From Prosthecochloris sp. (GTDB taxonomy: Bacteria; Bacteroidota; Chlorobiia; Chlorobiales; Chlorobiaceae), in the NCBI RefSeq assembly GCF_015482705.1, contig NZ_JADMLA020000039.1: a DNA stretch of 64,000 nucleotides. The stretch is one strand, 5' to 3'. Shown here piece after piece: positions 32,017 to 41,148 of the stretch. The notes under the pieces were generated by a model. It was given only the letters and a program-made list of their open reading frames with translations. It was not told the origin of the DNA and did no database searches. The position numbers and the translations under genes are program-made. The first letter of the stretch is position 1, and each line of letters starts with the position of its first letter.

Positions 32017-32664
32017 TTATTCAATCGATGTCACCCTGCCATTTTCCCTGAATCGTTTGAACCAATGCTGACCGTCACAAAAAGGCTTGTTTTTGGATTG
32101 GCCACACCGACACAATGTATAGTGTTCATTGGATTCAGGCTTATCAGCATCATGAAGAGAAATGCTGCCCTTTACGTAATACGGCCCGTTTTCAGTGATA
32201 CGTATTTCAGGGTTTTCAGAAAAGTTATCGTGTAACCGCGCTCCAATGGAATAACTTAACGCACCGGAAGGACACTTCTTTATTGTCTCGATAATTTTCT
32301 CGACACGTTCCCCATCGGGATCGATCCAGGGCTCATATTTCCTGAAAAACACTTTAGGTAGACCATCCGTGCAAAACCCTGCGTGAGAACAGATTCCACG
32401 ATCATCGTGGATGGTTATGTTCTCTCCTTTGTAACTATCACTTCGCCTAGGCGGCCTTCCATCCTGTTTCTCATCTGTCCACCCGATCTTCGCATGCGTA
32501 CCGTCACAAAAAGGCTTGTGCTCAGACCCACCGCAACGGCATAGAGCAATGACAGAAGTACGAAGAGGAAAAATATCTCCATTCGACTCTGTAATGCTTT
32601 CAATGTTTTCTACAATCAACGGACCGTTTGGCGAAGGCGCAATCGTAATTTCTTTTTTCCCCAT
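32017..32664 (-). CDS. CDGSH-type iron-sulfur protein with two CDGSH motifs and a central Cys-rich insert
   Basis: 215 aa. CRCGGSEHKPFCDGTH and CRCGQSKNKPFCDGQH both fit C-x-C-x2-S-x3-P-x-C-D-G-x-H. The central segment CSHAGFCTDG...CPSGAL looks like a divergent ferredoxin-type mono-cluster motif. Confidence 0.85.
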   Translation of the reverse strand: MGKKEITIAPSPNGPLIVENIESITESNGDIFPLRTSVIALCRCGGSEHKPFCDGTHAKIGWTDEKQDGRPPRRSDSYKGENITIHDDRGICSHAGFCTDGLPKVFFRKYEPWIDPDGERVEKIIETIKKCPSGALSYSIGARLHDNFSENPEIRITENGPYYVKGSISLHDADKPESNEHYTLCRCGQSKNKPFCDGQHWFKRFRENGRVTSIE

Positions 32665-32884
32665 TTGTCGACTCTCCTGAACACGTTTTTCTGCTTGATT
32701 TACCTTTCTGATTATAACAACCTCTCATTCAATTTGAGTAATTGTACAGTATCGTCCAAAAACCAAAAAGAATTTCATAAGCGTCTCACTGCTCGTACCG
32801 AACTCCCTCTTCACCCCTGAAACAGTGATAATAAATCGATAGTTTTGACTCACTGATTTTCTGGGATATATTAACAAGCAAGAA

Positions 32885-33583
32885 ATGTACACAAGGCTTC
32901 CCTGCCCAATATGCAATGATCATCAATCTCCCTCGATGCCTGAACACTACTTTATAAAAACCGAAATCTCGGGCCGCTACCTTCTACAAAAACCTTCGGG
33001 AGCAGATCCCTTCCACCTCATTGTTGGCTTTCACGGATACGGTCAGCTTGCTGAAGACGAACTTGCGCTCCTGAAAGGCATGACCGGAAATTCGGCTTGG
33101 CTCTGCTGTGCTGTCGAGGCGCTTCATCCATTTTACAAACAGAAGGGTATGGTTGGCGCAAACTGGATGACCAGTCGCAATCGTGAATTGATGATACAAG
33201 AAAACATCAGCTACGTCAACGCCGTGATAACCGAATTGGAGAAACGATATCCTTTAAGCGGAACTCTCGTATATCACGGTTTTTCTATGGGGACAGCAAT
33301 GGCTGCCCGTTCAGCACTTCTCGGAAACAGTGAATCGGCTGCAGTCATGTTCCTTGGCGGCAATATTCCACCGGAACACGAGAAACTCGGAAAAATGAAA
33401 AGAGCGCATATCGCAAGGGGTAACACCGATCGGCTTTATACACAAAATGAATTTGAGCGGGATAAAAAAAGATTACATGAATCAGGGATACCTTTTGAAC
33501 ATTGCTGTTTTCCCGGCGGTCATCAAGCTGACGATCGATACCTCGAATCGGCCGGCATTTTTCTCGAACGACTGCTCGCATGA
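32885..33583 (+). CDS. Alpha/beta hydrolase (phospholipase/carboxylesterase family)
   Basis: 232 aa. Nucleophile elbow GFSMG, and the size and layout of Abhydrolase_2-type esterases. The start may be the ATG at 32936. Confidence 0.65.
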   Translation: MYTRLPCPICNDHQSPSMPEHYFIKTEISGRYLLQKPSGADPFHLIVGFHGYGQLAEDELALLKGMTGNSAWLCCAVEALHPFYKQKGMVGANWMTSRNRELMIQENISYVNAVITELEKRYPLSGTLVYHGFSMGTAMAARSALLGNSESAAVMFLGGNIPPEHEKLGKMKRAHIARGNTDRLYTQNEFERDKKRLHESGIPFEHCCFPGGHQADDRYLESAGIFLERLLA

Positions 33584-33592
33584 CCTGAACGT

Positions 33593-34591
33593 TTAAAAAC
33601 TTCCTGCTTCCAACTTCAGATTGTGTTCCGGAAAGTTGTTATCCAGAAAGGTTGAAAATTGAACCATGTTTTCGAAAAAAGTCTCGATCTGAAACGTCTC
33701 TTCGATAAGTTTTCCACGCTTCCAACAGCTGAACGTGTCCGGCTTGGCAAAATCGATCAAACATATTTCGATTTTATGATTCTGGTGATATTCATAACAA
33801 CCCATACATCCGAAACAACGATTACCCGGTGTAGTATCCAGACCATCGAATTTTACCTTACGCTCAAAGTTTTCATCTCTCGGAATCTGCTCATCGACGA
33901 CACGTTTGAGCCCCTGTAATGAATATGGTTCTGAATCGATGAATCTGCCGACCTTCCCGACAGACCGGTAATGGACATATCTGACGTTTTTATACGCTCT
34001 CGATAAATCCATCAATTGCGTGACAACCCCCTCGTTGACGTCGCGGACAATGATAGCTGTAATCGCTATACGACCAATACACGCATCATCGAGGTTCTTC
34101 AGAGCAGTCAGTTTTTCTTCAGCCACATCGCCATTATCTATAAACCGATACCATTCATTGTTTTTTCCTCCATTCATCGATAACGTCGCGATAACAGGGA
34201 CGCCTGTGTTTTTTATAGACCGGACGAAAGAAGTGTCGGCCAGCATTGTTCCATTTGAAACAAACGAAACCATATGGTTATACTCGTTAGCCGTTACAAT
34301 GAATTCCAAAAATTGCGGATGGAGGGTTGGTTCACCCCCCATGAACCTGAAAGCCACTCGGCTCGGCAATCGCCTGCATACCTCTCGAAAGTAATCCAAA
34401 GACATGTCCGGTAATGATCTGACGGGATTGTAACAGTAGTTGCAGTTGTAGTTGCAGCGGTGCGTCAGATCGACATAGATGAGAGGAAAAGGGTTTTCGT
34501 CAACGCTATGAACTATCTTTGAGCCAAGTTTACCTGATGGATACTTTTTTAGCTTGGGTATACTGTGCAGTTGCCCTGGCATGGATTTCAA
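33593..34591 (-). CDS. Radical SAM protein with C-terminal CxxCxxC motif
   Basis: 332 aa from TTG at 34591 (ATG at 34582 is an alternative). Canonical CNYNCNYC (CxxxCxxC) at residues ~36-43. A second cluster-like motif CFGCMGC lies in the C-terminal third. No B12 domain. Confidence 0.8.
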   Translation of the reverse strand: MKSMPGQLHSIPKLKKYPSGKLGSKIVHSVDENPFPLIYVDLTHRCNYNCNYCYNPVRSLPDMSLDYFREVCRRLPSRVAFRFMGGEPTLHPQFLEFIVTANEYNHMVSFVSNGTMLADTSFVRSIKNTGVPVIATLSMNGGKNNEWYRFIDNGDVAEEKLTALKNLDDACIGRIAITAIIVRDVNEGVVTQLMDLSRAYKNVRYVHYRSVGKVGRFIDSEPYSLQGLKRVVDEQIPRDENFERKVKFDGLDTTPGNRCFGCMGCYEYHQNHKIEICLIDFAKPDTFSCWKRGKLIEETFQIETFFENMVQFSTFLDNNFPEHNLKLEAGSF

Positions 34592-34830
34592 TTTTGTGTT
34601 GATCGGAGAAAAACACCTTTTTTTAAACCACTATTATGACCAGCTGTGATAAAAACAAGGGGGTAAAACGAGAAAAGCTTATGTGTAATTTCGCTATTCC
34701 TCTTGAAACAGTCAAGAAAAGAGTGGATATATTCACTCATTTTCAACGAGACATGGCTGTTTTTTCCTGAAACGCAATACGTTCTGCCAGCAACACACCC
34801 GATACCGTGCATTCAGGCTTTTTCCATGGT

Positions 34831-36756
34831 CTATTGTCCTATAAAACGCTCGATATGTTCGATAAAATTGGCAGGATTAATAAATCCGGCGATCCTGCTT
34901 TCGGGGATCTCCCTGCCGGAACTGTCGAAAAAAACGATACCGGGTGGCCCGAAAATGGAGAATCGTTTCATCAGTGCACGTTCTTCCTCGGTATTTGCAG
35001 TAACATCGGCCTTGAGAAGTGAGATACTCTCGAGTTTTTCAACCACGCGCGAATCACTGAACGTGAGATGTTCGAGCTCTTTGCAAGAAACACACCAATC
35101 GGCATAAAAGTCAAGCATGACTGGACGTTGAGCAGATTCTAAAGCCCTGTCCAGTTCTTCAACCGAATGAATCATGGTAAAACGAAGCGATTTTTCTGCC
35201 TCTGCACGCCTTTCTGAACCTCCTGATATACCGGATAAAGGTTCGAACACACTGTCGCCTCCGGAAGCAGCACCAGTGAGTTCCACAACACCGACTATGA
35301 GCAAGAGAACCCCAAAAGCTTTTCTGAAACGTTCACCGACCGTAGGCTGCCCGGCTATGCATTCAAAGACCCCAAGAAATACCGAACAAAGTATGGCAAA
35401 GGACCCCCATGCCAGCAACACCGCCCATGCAGGCAATACAGGAGTGACGATCCAGATAGCAACAGCTATCAGAAGAAAACCGAATAAGTGTTTCACTCCT
35501 GTCATCCATGCTCCTGCACGTGGCAGGAGATAGCCTGCCGACAGTCCTACAAGAAGAAGCGGAACACTCATACCCGATGCCATGGAAAACAATGCAAGTC
35601 CTCCTGTAACGACATTTTTTGTCTGGCTGATATAAACCAGCGTTCCTGCCAAAGGAGCGGCGACACATGGACCGACAACGAGTGCCGAAATGGCCCCCAT
35701 GACAAAAACCGCCGGAAAACGCCCTCCTTTCATGATCCTCGACGTTCCGGTCAATCTTGTCTGCAGCGCCGAGGGTATCTGGATTTGATAGACATCGAAC
35801 ATCGAAAGCGCAAGGAGAACAAGCAGCGCAGAAAAAATCCCAAGCACTTCAGGCCTCTGCAGAAAACCGGCAAGTCCCTCTCCTGCAAGTCCGGCCAGCA
35901 CTCCCAGCATAGTATAGACAGTCGCCATTCCGAGACTGTAGACAAGCGCAAGGAGAAAACCTCGCAGACGGGTAACAGATCCTTCACCGACAATGATCGA
36001 TGACAGGATCGGAACCATCGGAAGGATACAAGGTGTGAACGACAGCAAAAGCCCGAAAAAAAGGAACATCAGAGATATTTTCCAGAAGCTCCCCTCTTCG
36101 AGCGTCGAACTGAAAAAGCTTTCCTGTTCAGAGGAAGAAAGGTTGCGGGAAGACTCCGTTGCTGTATTCGACGACACTGTTTTTGAAAAAACACCACCGG
36201 TTTTTTCCGGAACAAGAAGGCCGGGCCGTTCAGGATCGACCAGAAATTTGTCCGTTACCGGGGGATAACAGAGCCCCCCTTCAGCACATCCCTGATAGGT
36301 GACCTTCAAAGTAAAAGGCTCCGATGCCGAAACAAGCGGAAGGGAAAGCGAAAGAGTATCGTGGTATATTTCCGATTCGTCTCCTGTCAGGGGGTCGACA
36401 AACATTGTTCCTTTCGGGAAAACAAGCGTTCCAAGCCTCTGAGCACCATCTTCAACCGACACATCGACCTGTTCGCGATACAGCTTACAGCCTTCGGCTA
36501 TTGTCCAACGTAATGCAATCGAACCGGAACCACGAAGCTCTGCCTCGAGTCTGAATGCTTTTTCAGGTTCAAGAAATTCCGAAGCATCGATCTCATAAAG
36601 AGCAGGAAGCGATAACAAAACTATCCAGGCAAGAAAAATCGTGCGTTTGAAACGAGAAGCAAGAGAGAAAATCACCGTTTTGTAAAATAAGATTGATTTG
36701 AATCGACAACCGTATGTATTACCGAACAGCACCCGCTCTCTGTTCATCAGTTTCAA
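34831..36756 (-). CDS. dsbD: DsbD-type thiol:disulfide interchange protein (N-terminal periplasmic domain, CcdA-like TM core, C-terminal thioredoxin)
   Basis: TM core motifs TPCILPMVP and VGPCVAAPLAG. C-terminal DFYADWCVSCKELE (CxxC). The maximal ORF overlaps the soxW stop. A GTG at 36675 giving (M)IFSLASRFKRTIFLAWIVLLSLPALY looks like a better signal peptide. Confidence 0.85.
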   Translation of the reverse strand: MKLMNRERVLFGNTYGCRFKSILFYKTVIFSLASRFKRTIFLAWIVLLSLPALYEIDASEFLEPEKAFRLEAELRGSGSIALRWTIAEGCKLYREQVDVSVEDGAQRLGTLVFPKGTMFVDPLTGDESEIYHDTLSLSLPLVSASEPFTLKVTYQGCAEGGLCYPPVTDKFLVDPERPGLLVPEKTGGVFSKTVSSNTATESSRNLSSSEQESFFSSTLEEGSFWKISLMFLFFGLLLSFTPCILPMVPILSSIIVGEGSVTRLRGFLLALVYSLGMATVYTMLGVLAGLAGEGLAGFLQRPEVLGIFSALLVLLALSMFDVYQIQIPSALQTRLTGTSRIMKGGRFPAVFVMGAISALVVGPCVAAPLAGTLVYISQTKNVVTGGLALFSMASGMSVPLLLVGLSAGYLLPRAGAWMTGVKHLFGFLLIAVAIWIVTPVLPAWAVLLAWGSFAILCSVFLGVFECIAGQPTVGERFRKAFGVLLLIVGVVELTGAASGGDSVFEPLSGISGGSERRAEAEKSLRFTMIHSVEELDRALESAQRPVMLDFYADWCVSCKELEHLTFSDSRVVEKLESISLLKADVTANTEEERALMKRFSIFGPPGIVFFDSSGREIPESRIAGFINPANFIEHIERFIGQ

Positions 36757-37309
36757 GGGCTCGCAAAATCAGCTGCTCCAGGGCTTCCCTGCTCTGAAAA
36801 CCCTTAGCGACCGTGATTAGAGAGCCGTCCCGGCCAATGACAAATGATACGGGAATCGCACGAAGTCCACCTGGGATATAATCGCCAAAGGTGGAAATCA
36901 TCGCCTGATCACCGATCATAACGGGATAATTGATGCCATACTCCCAAATAAAATCATTGATACTCTGTTCTTCATCCCTGAATCCAATGCCGATGAAGGT
37001 GAATCCATCCTTACCGTATTTCTCCTGAAGTTCAACCATATCCGGAATTTCCTGGCGGCATGGGGGGCACCATGAAGCGAAAAAGTTAACAATATAGGCT
37101 TTACCCGCCAGGGTCCGGCTCGAGATTTCAGTTCCATCAAGGGCTTTAGCGTTTATCAGAGGACCGGAAACCGAAGTTTGCGGGTTTATCATCATGACCG
37201 CCAGAAGCATCATGGAGATACCAAGTCCTGAAAATGACTTGCTCAGCTTGTTCATGCTCATACCGTCGTTCATTCGTATATTTTCATTGACCTTATAGAA
37301 AAAATTCAT
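36719..37309 (-). CDS. soxW: Periplasmic thioredoxin (TlpA/redoxin family), SoxW
   Basis: 196 aa. FFASWCPPCRQE active site and a signal-anchor. Its start ATG shares one nucleotide with the soxB TGA (TGATG). Confidence 0.8.
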   Translation of the reverse strand: MNFFYKVNENIRMNDGMSMNKLSKSFSGLGISMMLLAVMMINPQTSVSGPLINAKALDGTEISSRTLAGKAYIVNFFASWCPPCRQEIPDMVELQEKYGKDGFTFIGIGFRDEEQSINDFIWEYGINYPVMIGDQAMISTFGDYIPGGLRAIPVSFVIGRDGSLITVAKGFQSREALEQLILRALETDEQRAGAVR

Positions 37310-39063
37310 CAGGAAAAATCGGCACCCGGGTTGGATTCGGCATTTTTTACAACCGGTGATCCGGAACTGTTTACTTCAACGGTCTTGACATCCTTCAAAT
37401 ATTCGGCAACGCTCTCCCAAACCGGCTCTCCGGGAGACTGAGCTCCAACCGTAGCCCAGCCCGCTACCCGGTACTTGGCCGAAACATCGAGGGGTTTACC
37501 ATCGGAAAACCGCATATTGCCTATACGTTTTCCAAATACCGCTGAGGGGTTTATAGTGTACTGTATACCTCCGACACGTACCATATCCCCCCCCTGCTGG
37601 TAGTAGGGATCGGCATTGAAAAGATTGTCCGCGACATCTTCCAGGATAGCCCTGATCTGGGTACCGGTCATGTCACGGACATACGTTTCAGGATAGGTCA
37701 TACAGGTTTGATCGAGCACATGCTCCATGGTGACGGTTTGCCCGGGCAGAAGCGTCGTTCCCCATCGAAACCCGGGTGAAAGGGCAATTTGGGCGTCGTT
37801 GCGGGCAATAAGCGCATCACAGATAACCCTGTCGAACGGACCGTCGAAATTACCTCTTCGGTAAAGCAACGAATCTGTTGTAGCAAGCGGTTGATGAAGC
37901 TTGTCGAAGTAAGGCTTGCGGATATCGTCGATCATCGCTTTCATTTTCCGGTCTTCTCCGAGTTCGTTCGAAAAAACGGGTAAAAGCCGGTAACGATAAT
38001 CTTGTACTCTTCCGTTTCCGAGCTCGAGATCCATCACTCCCAGAAACTTGCCGTTCGACCCGGCATTGGTTACAAGAGTACGACCCCTTGCATTTCGAAC
38101 TTCGAAAGGTCGAGGAATCGCATCATGGGTATGCCCACCGAAAATCACATCGATACCGCTGACCTCTCCTGCCAGTTTGATATCGACATCCATACCATTG
38201 TGAGAGATCAGTATCACGGCATCGGGCCGTTCATCTCGACGGATCTTGTCAACCAGCTCCTGAAGCTCCATGCTGTTGATACCGAACGTCCAGTCGGGAA
38301 TGAATCGTTGCGGATTCGCAATCGGTGTGTAGGGAAAGGCCTGGCCGATAACGGCGATCCTCTTCCTGCCGAGTTCTTTCATGACATGTGGCCTGAATGC
38401 ATGCCCTGTCATTTCATCGAATGCCTCGACTCCTTCGAAAAGCGCCTCTTCCTTGACTTTAACGTTCTGGGCGACAAAATCTCCCTTGAACCTCTCGAGG
38501 TTGCTGCGAACAACCTCAGCCCCATAGGTGAACTCCCAATGGCCAGTCATCACATCAACACCGAGAAGGTTACAGGCATCGACCATATCGGTTCCCTTTG
38601 TCCACAATGCCGTCCCCGAACCCTGCCACGTATCACCGGTGTCGAACAGAAGTGTTTTATCCCTTCCGAACACGCCCCTCATTTTGTCGACCAAGGTCTT
38701 CAGATGTGCAAACCCTCCAAGCTTTCCGAACCGCTGAGCCGCATCGACATAATCAAGAGAAGTGTATGCATAAGCAAAAGGACTGCCGGCGGAGATTTTG
38801 TAATATTCAAGAAAAGCCTGACCAACCAGATGAGGAGGACGCCCGAAAGCCTCCCCGAAACCCAGATTCAGACTTGGCTCACGATAATAAACAGGCATCA
38901 GCTGTGCATGGGTATCGGTAATATGCAGTAGTCGTATATCTCCAAACTCCGGAAAACTGTACATATCAGCAGCCGAATTACAACCTTGAATACCTGCCGG
39001 CAACATGCCGGCAACACCGGCTATACCAAGAATACGAAGAAATTCACGGCGTGAAATTTGCAT
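37309..39063 (-). CDS. soxB: Thiosulfohydrolase SoxB
   Basis: The ATG at 39063 gives the Tat signal MQISRREFLRILG. Dinuclear metallophosphoesterase / 5'-nucleotidase motifs HITDTHAQ, GHWEF and GGHTH. Confidence 0.9.
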   Translation of the reverse strand: MQISRREFLRILGIAGVAGMLPAGIQGCNSAADMYSFPEFGDIRLLHITDTHAQLMPVYYREPSLNLGFGEAFGRPPHLVGQAFLEYYKISAGSPFAYAYTSLDYVDAAQRFGKLGGFAHLKTLVDKMRGVFGRDKTLLFDTGDTWQGSGTALWTKGTDMVDACNLLGVDVMTGHWEFTYGAEVVRSNLERFKGDFVAQNVKVKEEALFEGVEAFDEMTGHAFRPHVMKELGRKRIAVIGQAFPYTPIANPQRFIPDWTFGINSMELQELVDKIRRDERPDAVILISHNGMDVDIKLAGEVSGIDVIFGGHTHDAIPRPFEVRNARGRTLVTNAGSNGKFLGVMDLELGNGRVQDYRYRLLPVFSNELGEDRKMKAMIDDIRKPYFDKLHQPLATTDSLLYRRGNFDGPFDRVICDALIARNDAQIALSPGFRWGTTLLPGQTVTMEHVLDQTCMTYPETYVRDMTGTQIRAILEDVADNLFNADPYYQQGGDMVRVGGIQYTINPSAVFGKRIGNMRFSDGKPLDVSAKYRVAGWATVGAQSPGEPVWESVAEYLKDVKTVEVNSSGSPVVKNAESNPGADFS

Positions 39064-39114
39064 AGTTCTTTCTTTTTGAATGAAAGTCTTTTCTCTGAGA
39101 GGCAAAACAGCAGC

Positions 39115-39420
39115 TCAATGTACTGGAATAAATTCCTGCCAATGGTTGTGCATGAAAGTCCCTTGCCCGACAGCCAGCTCTCCCTGGCGCAATGCCTCCC
39201 CTGCAAGCATAGCAGCCTGCTTTTCATGACCTTTTTCCAGTGCCTCACGGGCCTCGGCTATAAGGGTGGCCGTATCTCTCCATTCAAAACCCAGATCTGC
39301 CGCTCCTTTCCTGGCCTCCTCTGCCTTCAGGATAAGTTGCTCTGCAGAAGGAGCGGCATACAGCGTAGGACCAGACAGCAACAATATCAATAAGCAGTAC
39401 CATGGAATCAGTTTCTTCAT
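39115..39420 (-). CDS. soxK: Small periplasmic SoxAX-binding protein SoxK
   Basis: 101 aa from the ATG at 39420, with AGGAG upstream. Signal peptide MKKLIPWYCLLILLLSGPTLYA. Helical and Ala/Glu-rich. Assigned by its position between soxA and soxB, as in green sulfur bacterial sox clusters. Confidence 0.65.
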   Translation of the reverse strand: MKKLIPWYCLLILLLSGPTLYAAPSAEQLILKAEEARKGAADLGFEWRDTATLIAEAREALEKGHEKQAAMLAGEALRQGELAVGQGTFMHNHWQEFIPVH

Positions 39421-39433
39421 CACTCGTTTCTCC

Positions 39434-40282
39434 TTATTTACGTGAAGCCGGACCATTGAAGTGCATGCCATTCGACATCACGGTTTGGAAAAATTCAAGG
39501 TTGCGGTATTCCTCCCCCTGTATAGCAAGAGGTTTAGCCCCGATATTCCTGTTACATCCTGCGTAACGTCTCTGAAGTGTTCCGATCTCTCCCCATTTCA
39601 ACCGAAATACAGGGAAATGGACAGGGTGACCCAATGCAGGGCTTATGACCTCTGACCGTAGACGCCTGCCGGAGTAGCGCATATGACACCCTGCACACGA
39701 CATGTTGAGCTGTCCTCGTTTCGCATAGAAAAACTCCTTCCCTTTGAGATATGCCTCGTAAGCACCTTGACTCGAAACCTTCACCTCAACGGGTTTACCC
39801 CTACTGATATAAGCCATGTAGCTTGAAATTTTGGCAATATCCCCTTTTTTGTACTCGAGGGGGGGCTCTCCGTTTGCCGACCGGCACTCGTTGATGGCCA
39901 TCTCGAGGGTAACGACCATGTTGCGTTGTTCGTCGAAATAGGGATAATTGTGGCGAACGGCACCTCCTTCAGGAAAACAGTCAGTATATGTCTTCCCGTT
40001 CGAGAATGAATTCTCGAACAATGCCTGGCCCTCTTCAACTGCGATTGAGTATGGAGGAAAATCTTCCATTGCCAGCCATTGCTCCCTTGCATTATCGTCT
40101 ATGGCATAGACACCGTCCGCGAAATCATCGAGCTCAACTTCGGGAAACCTTTCGGTGAAATACGCCCTGAATTCCTCGATGTCCTTATTGACAAGGGCAC
40201 TGTAATCTTTTGTCTGACATGACCACAGCATAGTAATCGGTAGCAGCAGCAGAAACATTCGACTCTGTGATATCTTCTTCAT
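39434..40282 (-). CDS. soxA: Cytochrome c SoxA (single haem type)
   Basis: 282 aa with a signal peptide and a single CAGCH haem motif. A conserved Cys in YAGCNRNIG is a candidate haem ligand / persulfide Cys. Confidence 0.85.
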   Translation of the reverse strand: MKKISQSRMFLLLLPITMLWSCQTKDYSALVNKDIEEFRAYFTERFPEVELDDFADGVYAIDDNAREQWLAMEDFPPYSIAVEEGQALFENSFSNGKTYTDCFPEGGAVRHNYPYFDEQRNMVVTLEMAINECRSANGEPPLEYKKGDIAKISSYMAYISRGKPVEVKVSSQGAYEAYLKGKEFFYAKRGQLNMSCAGCHMRYSGRRLRSEVISPALGHPVHFPVFRLKWGEIGTLQRRYAGCNRNIGAKPLAIQGEEYRNLEFFQTVMSNGMHFNGPASRK

Positions 40283-40306
40283 GACGTTCCGGTAAATGAT
40301 GTTTAA

Positions 40307-40612
40307 TTAGGTCCCGCCGATGATCGCATCGACACGCTCACTTTGCCCCTTGTTATCCATCCAGCTCAGTGATATCGACTCCCCTGCTTTTGCACCGTCA
40401 AAAGTAAAGGCCAGATAAGGATCCATCGAAACACCCGGGCCGAGTTCGGAATGGAAAACGATCTCCCCGTTGTATTTCACGGTCACCTCGGTGATATAGT
40501 GCGCCGGTATCAGATTTCCTTCCGCATCCTTACGACGCCCCATTTCCATAGGATGCTTGATCAGCATTTTTACAGACACTGCGTCTCCTTTGGCAACAGC
40601 TTTTACTTTCAT
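40307..40612 (-). CDS. soxZ: Sulfur compound chelating protein SoxZ
   Basis: 101 aa from the ATG at 40612 (GGAGG upstream). KHPMEMGRRKD and YITEVTVKYNG are typical SoxZ sequence. Directly follows soxY. Confidence 0.85.
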   Translation of the reverse strand: MKVKAVAKGDAVSVKMLIKHPMEMGRRKDAEGNLIPAHYITEVTVKYNGEIVFHSELGPGVSMDPYLAFTFDGAKAGESISLSWMDNKGQSERVDAIIGGT

Positions 40613-40640
40613 TCTACCTCCTTCTCTATTATTATAGTTG

Positions 40641-41102
40641 TTATCCGCCACAGCCGCCGATGGTGACCTTGACCTCACGCGTTGCCCTGTAGAGCTTATC
40701 TCCTGCCCTTACGAGAACAGTGATATCCGATGTTTTTGCCATACGAATCCTCAAGGAGACATCAGGATGCATACGAGGCAAAACGTCGAACGATGCAACA
40801 AGAGGCGAAAAATTTGCTTCTGCGAAAATGCTAATGCTGGTAGCACCCGGTATATCAGTTGAAATCGTCACAGGTACAAATGCCCCGTTTTCAGCAATTT
40901 GAGGAGCCTTTATCTGTATCTGGCCTGAATCCTCTATCGGCAGAGAACCGTATTTCGCATTGATTGCTTCCTCGAGACTCCCCGAGAGGAAAGCCTCGTC
41001 ACTTCTTTTTGCGAACACCTGTAGGGGAATCGTGACAGCAAGTGCGGCGCTGGCCAGAGTTCCTCCGAGTGTCCTTAAAAAACGACGGCGGGTAATGGTC
41101 AT
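40641..41102 (-). CDS. soxY: Sulfur carrier protein SoxY
   Basis: 153 aa. Tat signal TRRRFLRTLG. The C-terminus ends in the invariant GGCGG swinging-arm peptide. Confidence 0.92.
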   Translation of the reverse strand: MTITRRRFLRTLGGTLASAALAVTIPLQVFAKRSDEAFLSGSLEEAINAKYGSLPIEDSGQIQIKAPQIAENGAFVPVTISTDIPGATSISIFAEANFSPLVASFDVLPRMHPDVSLRIRMAKTSDITVLVRAGDKLYRATREVKVTIGGCGG

Positions 41103-41148
41103 GTTTACCTCCTGTTATCAATGAAATTGGTTTCTGAAAAAAGAACAA

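Noticed and set aside
34703-35107. 134-aa plus-strand ORF spanning the dsbD 3' end
   Set aside because: It is antisense to the well-supported thioredoxin domain of DsbD (WCVSC).
38002-38931. 309-aa plus-strand ORF, the longest unassigned ORF in the track
   Set aside because: It lies entirely antisense within soxB, whose product has a Tat signal and metallophosphoesterase motifs. The same reasoning applies to other long antisense ORFs: 579..1052, 12686..13246, 28061..28606, 30787..31374, 35488..36003, 57410..58018 and 61928..62437.
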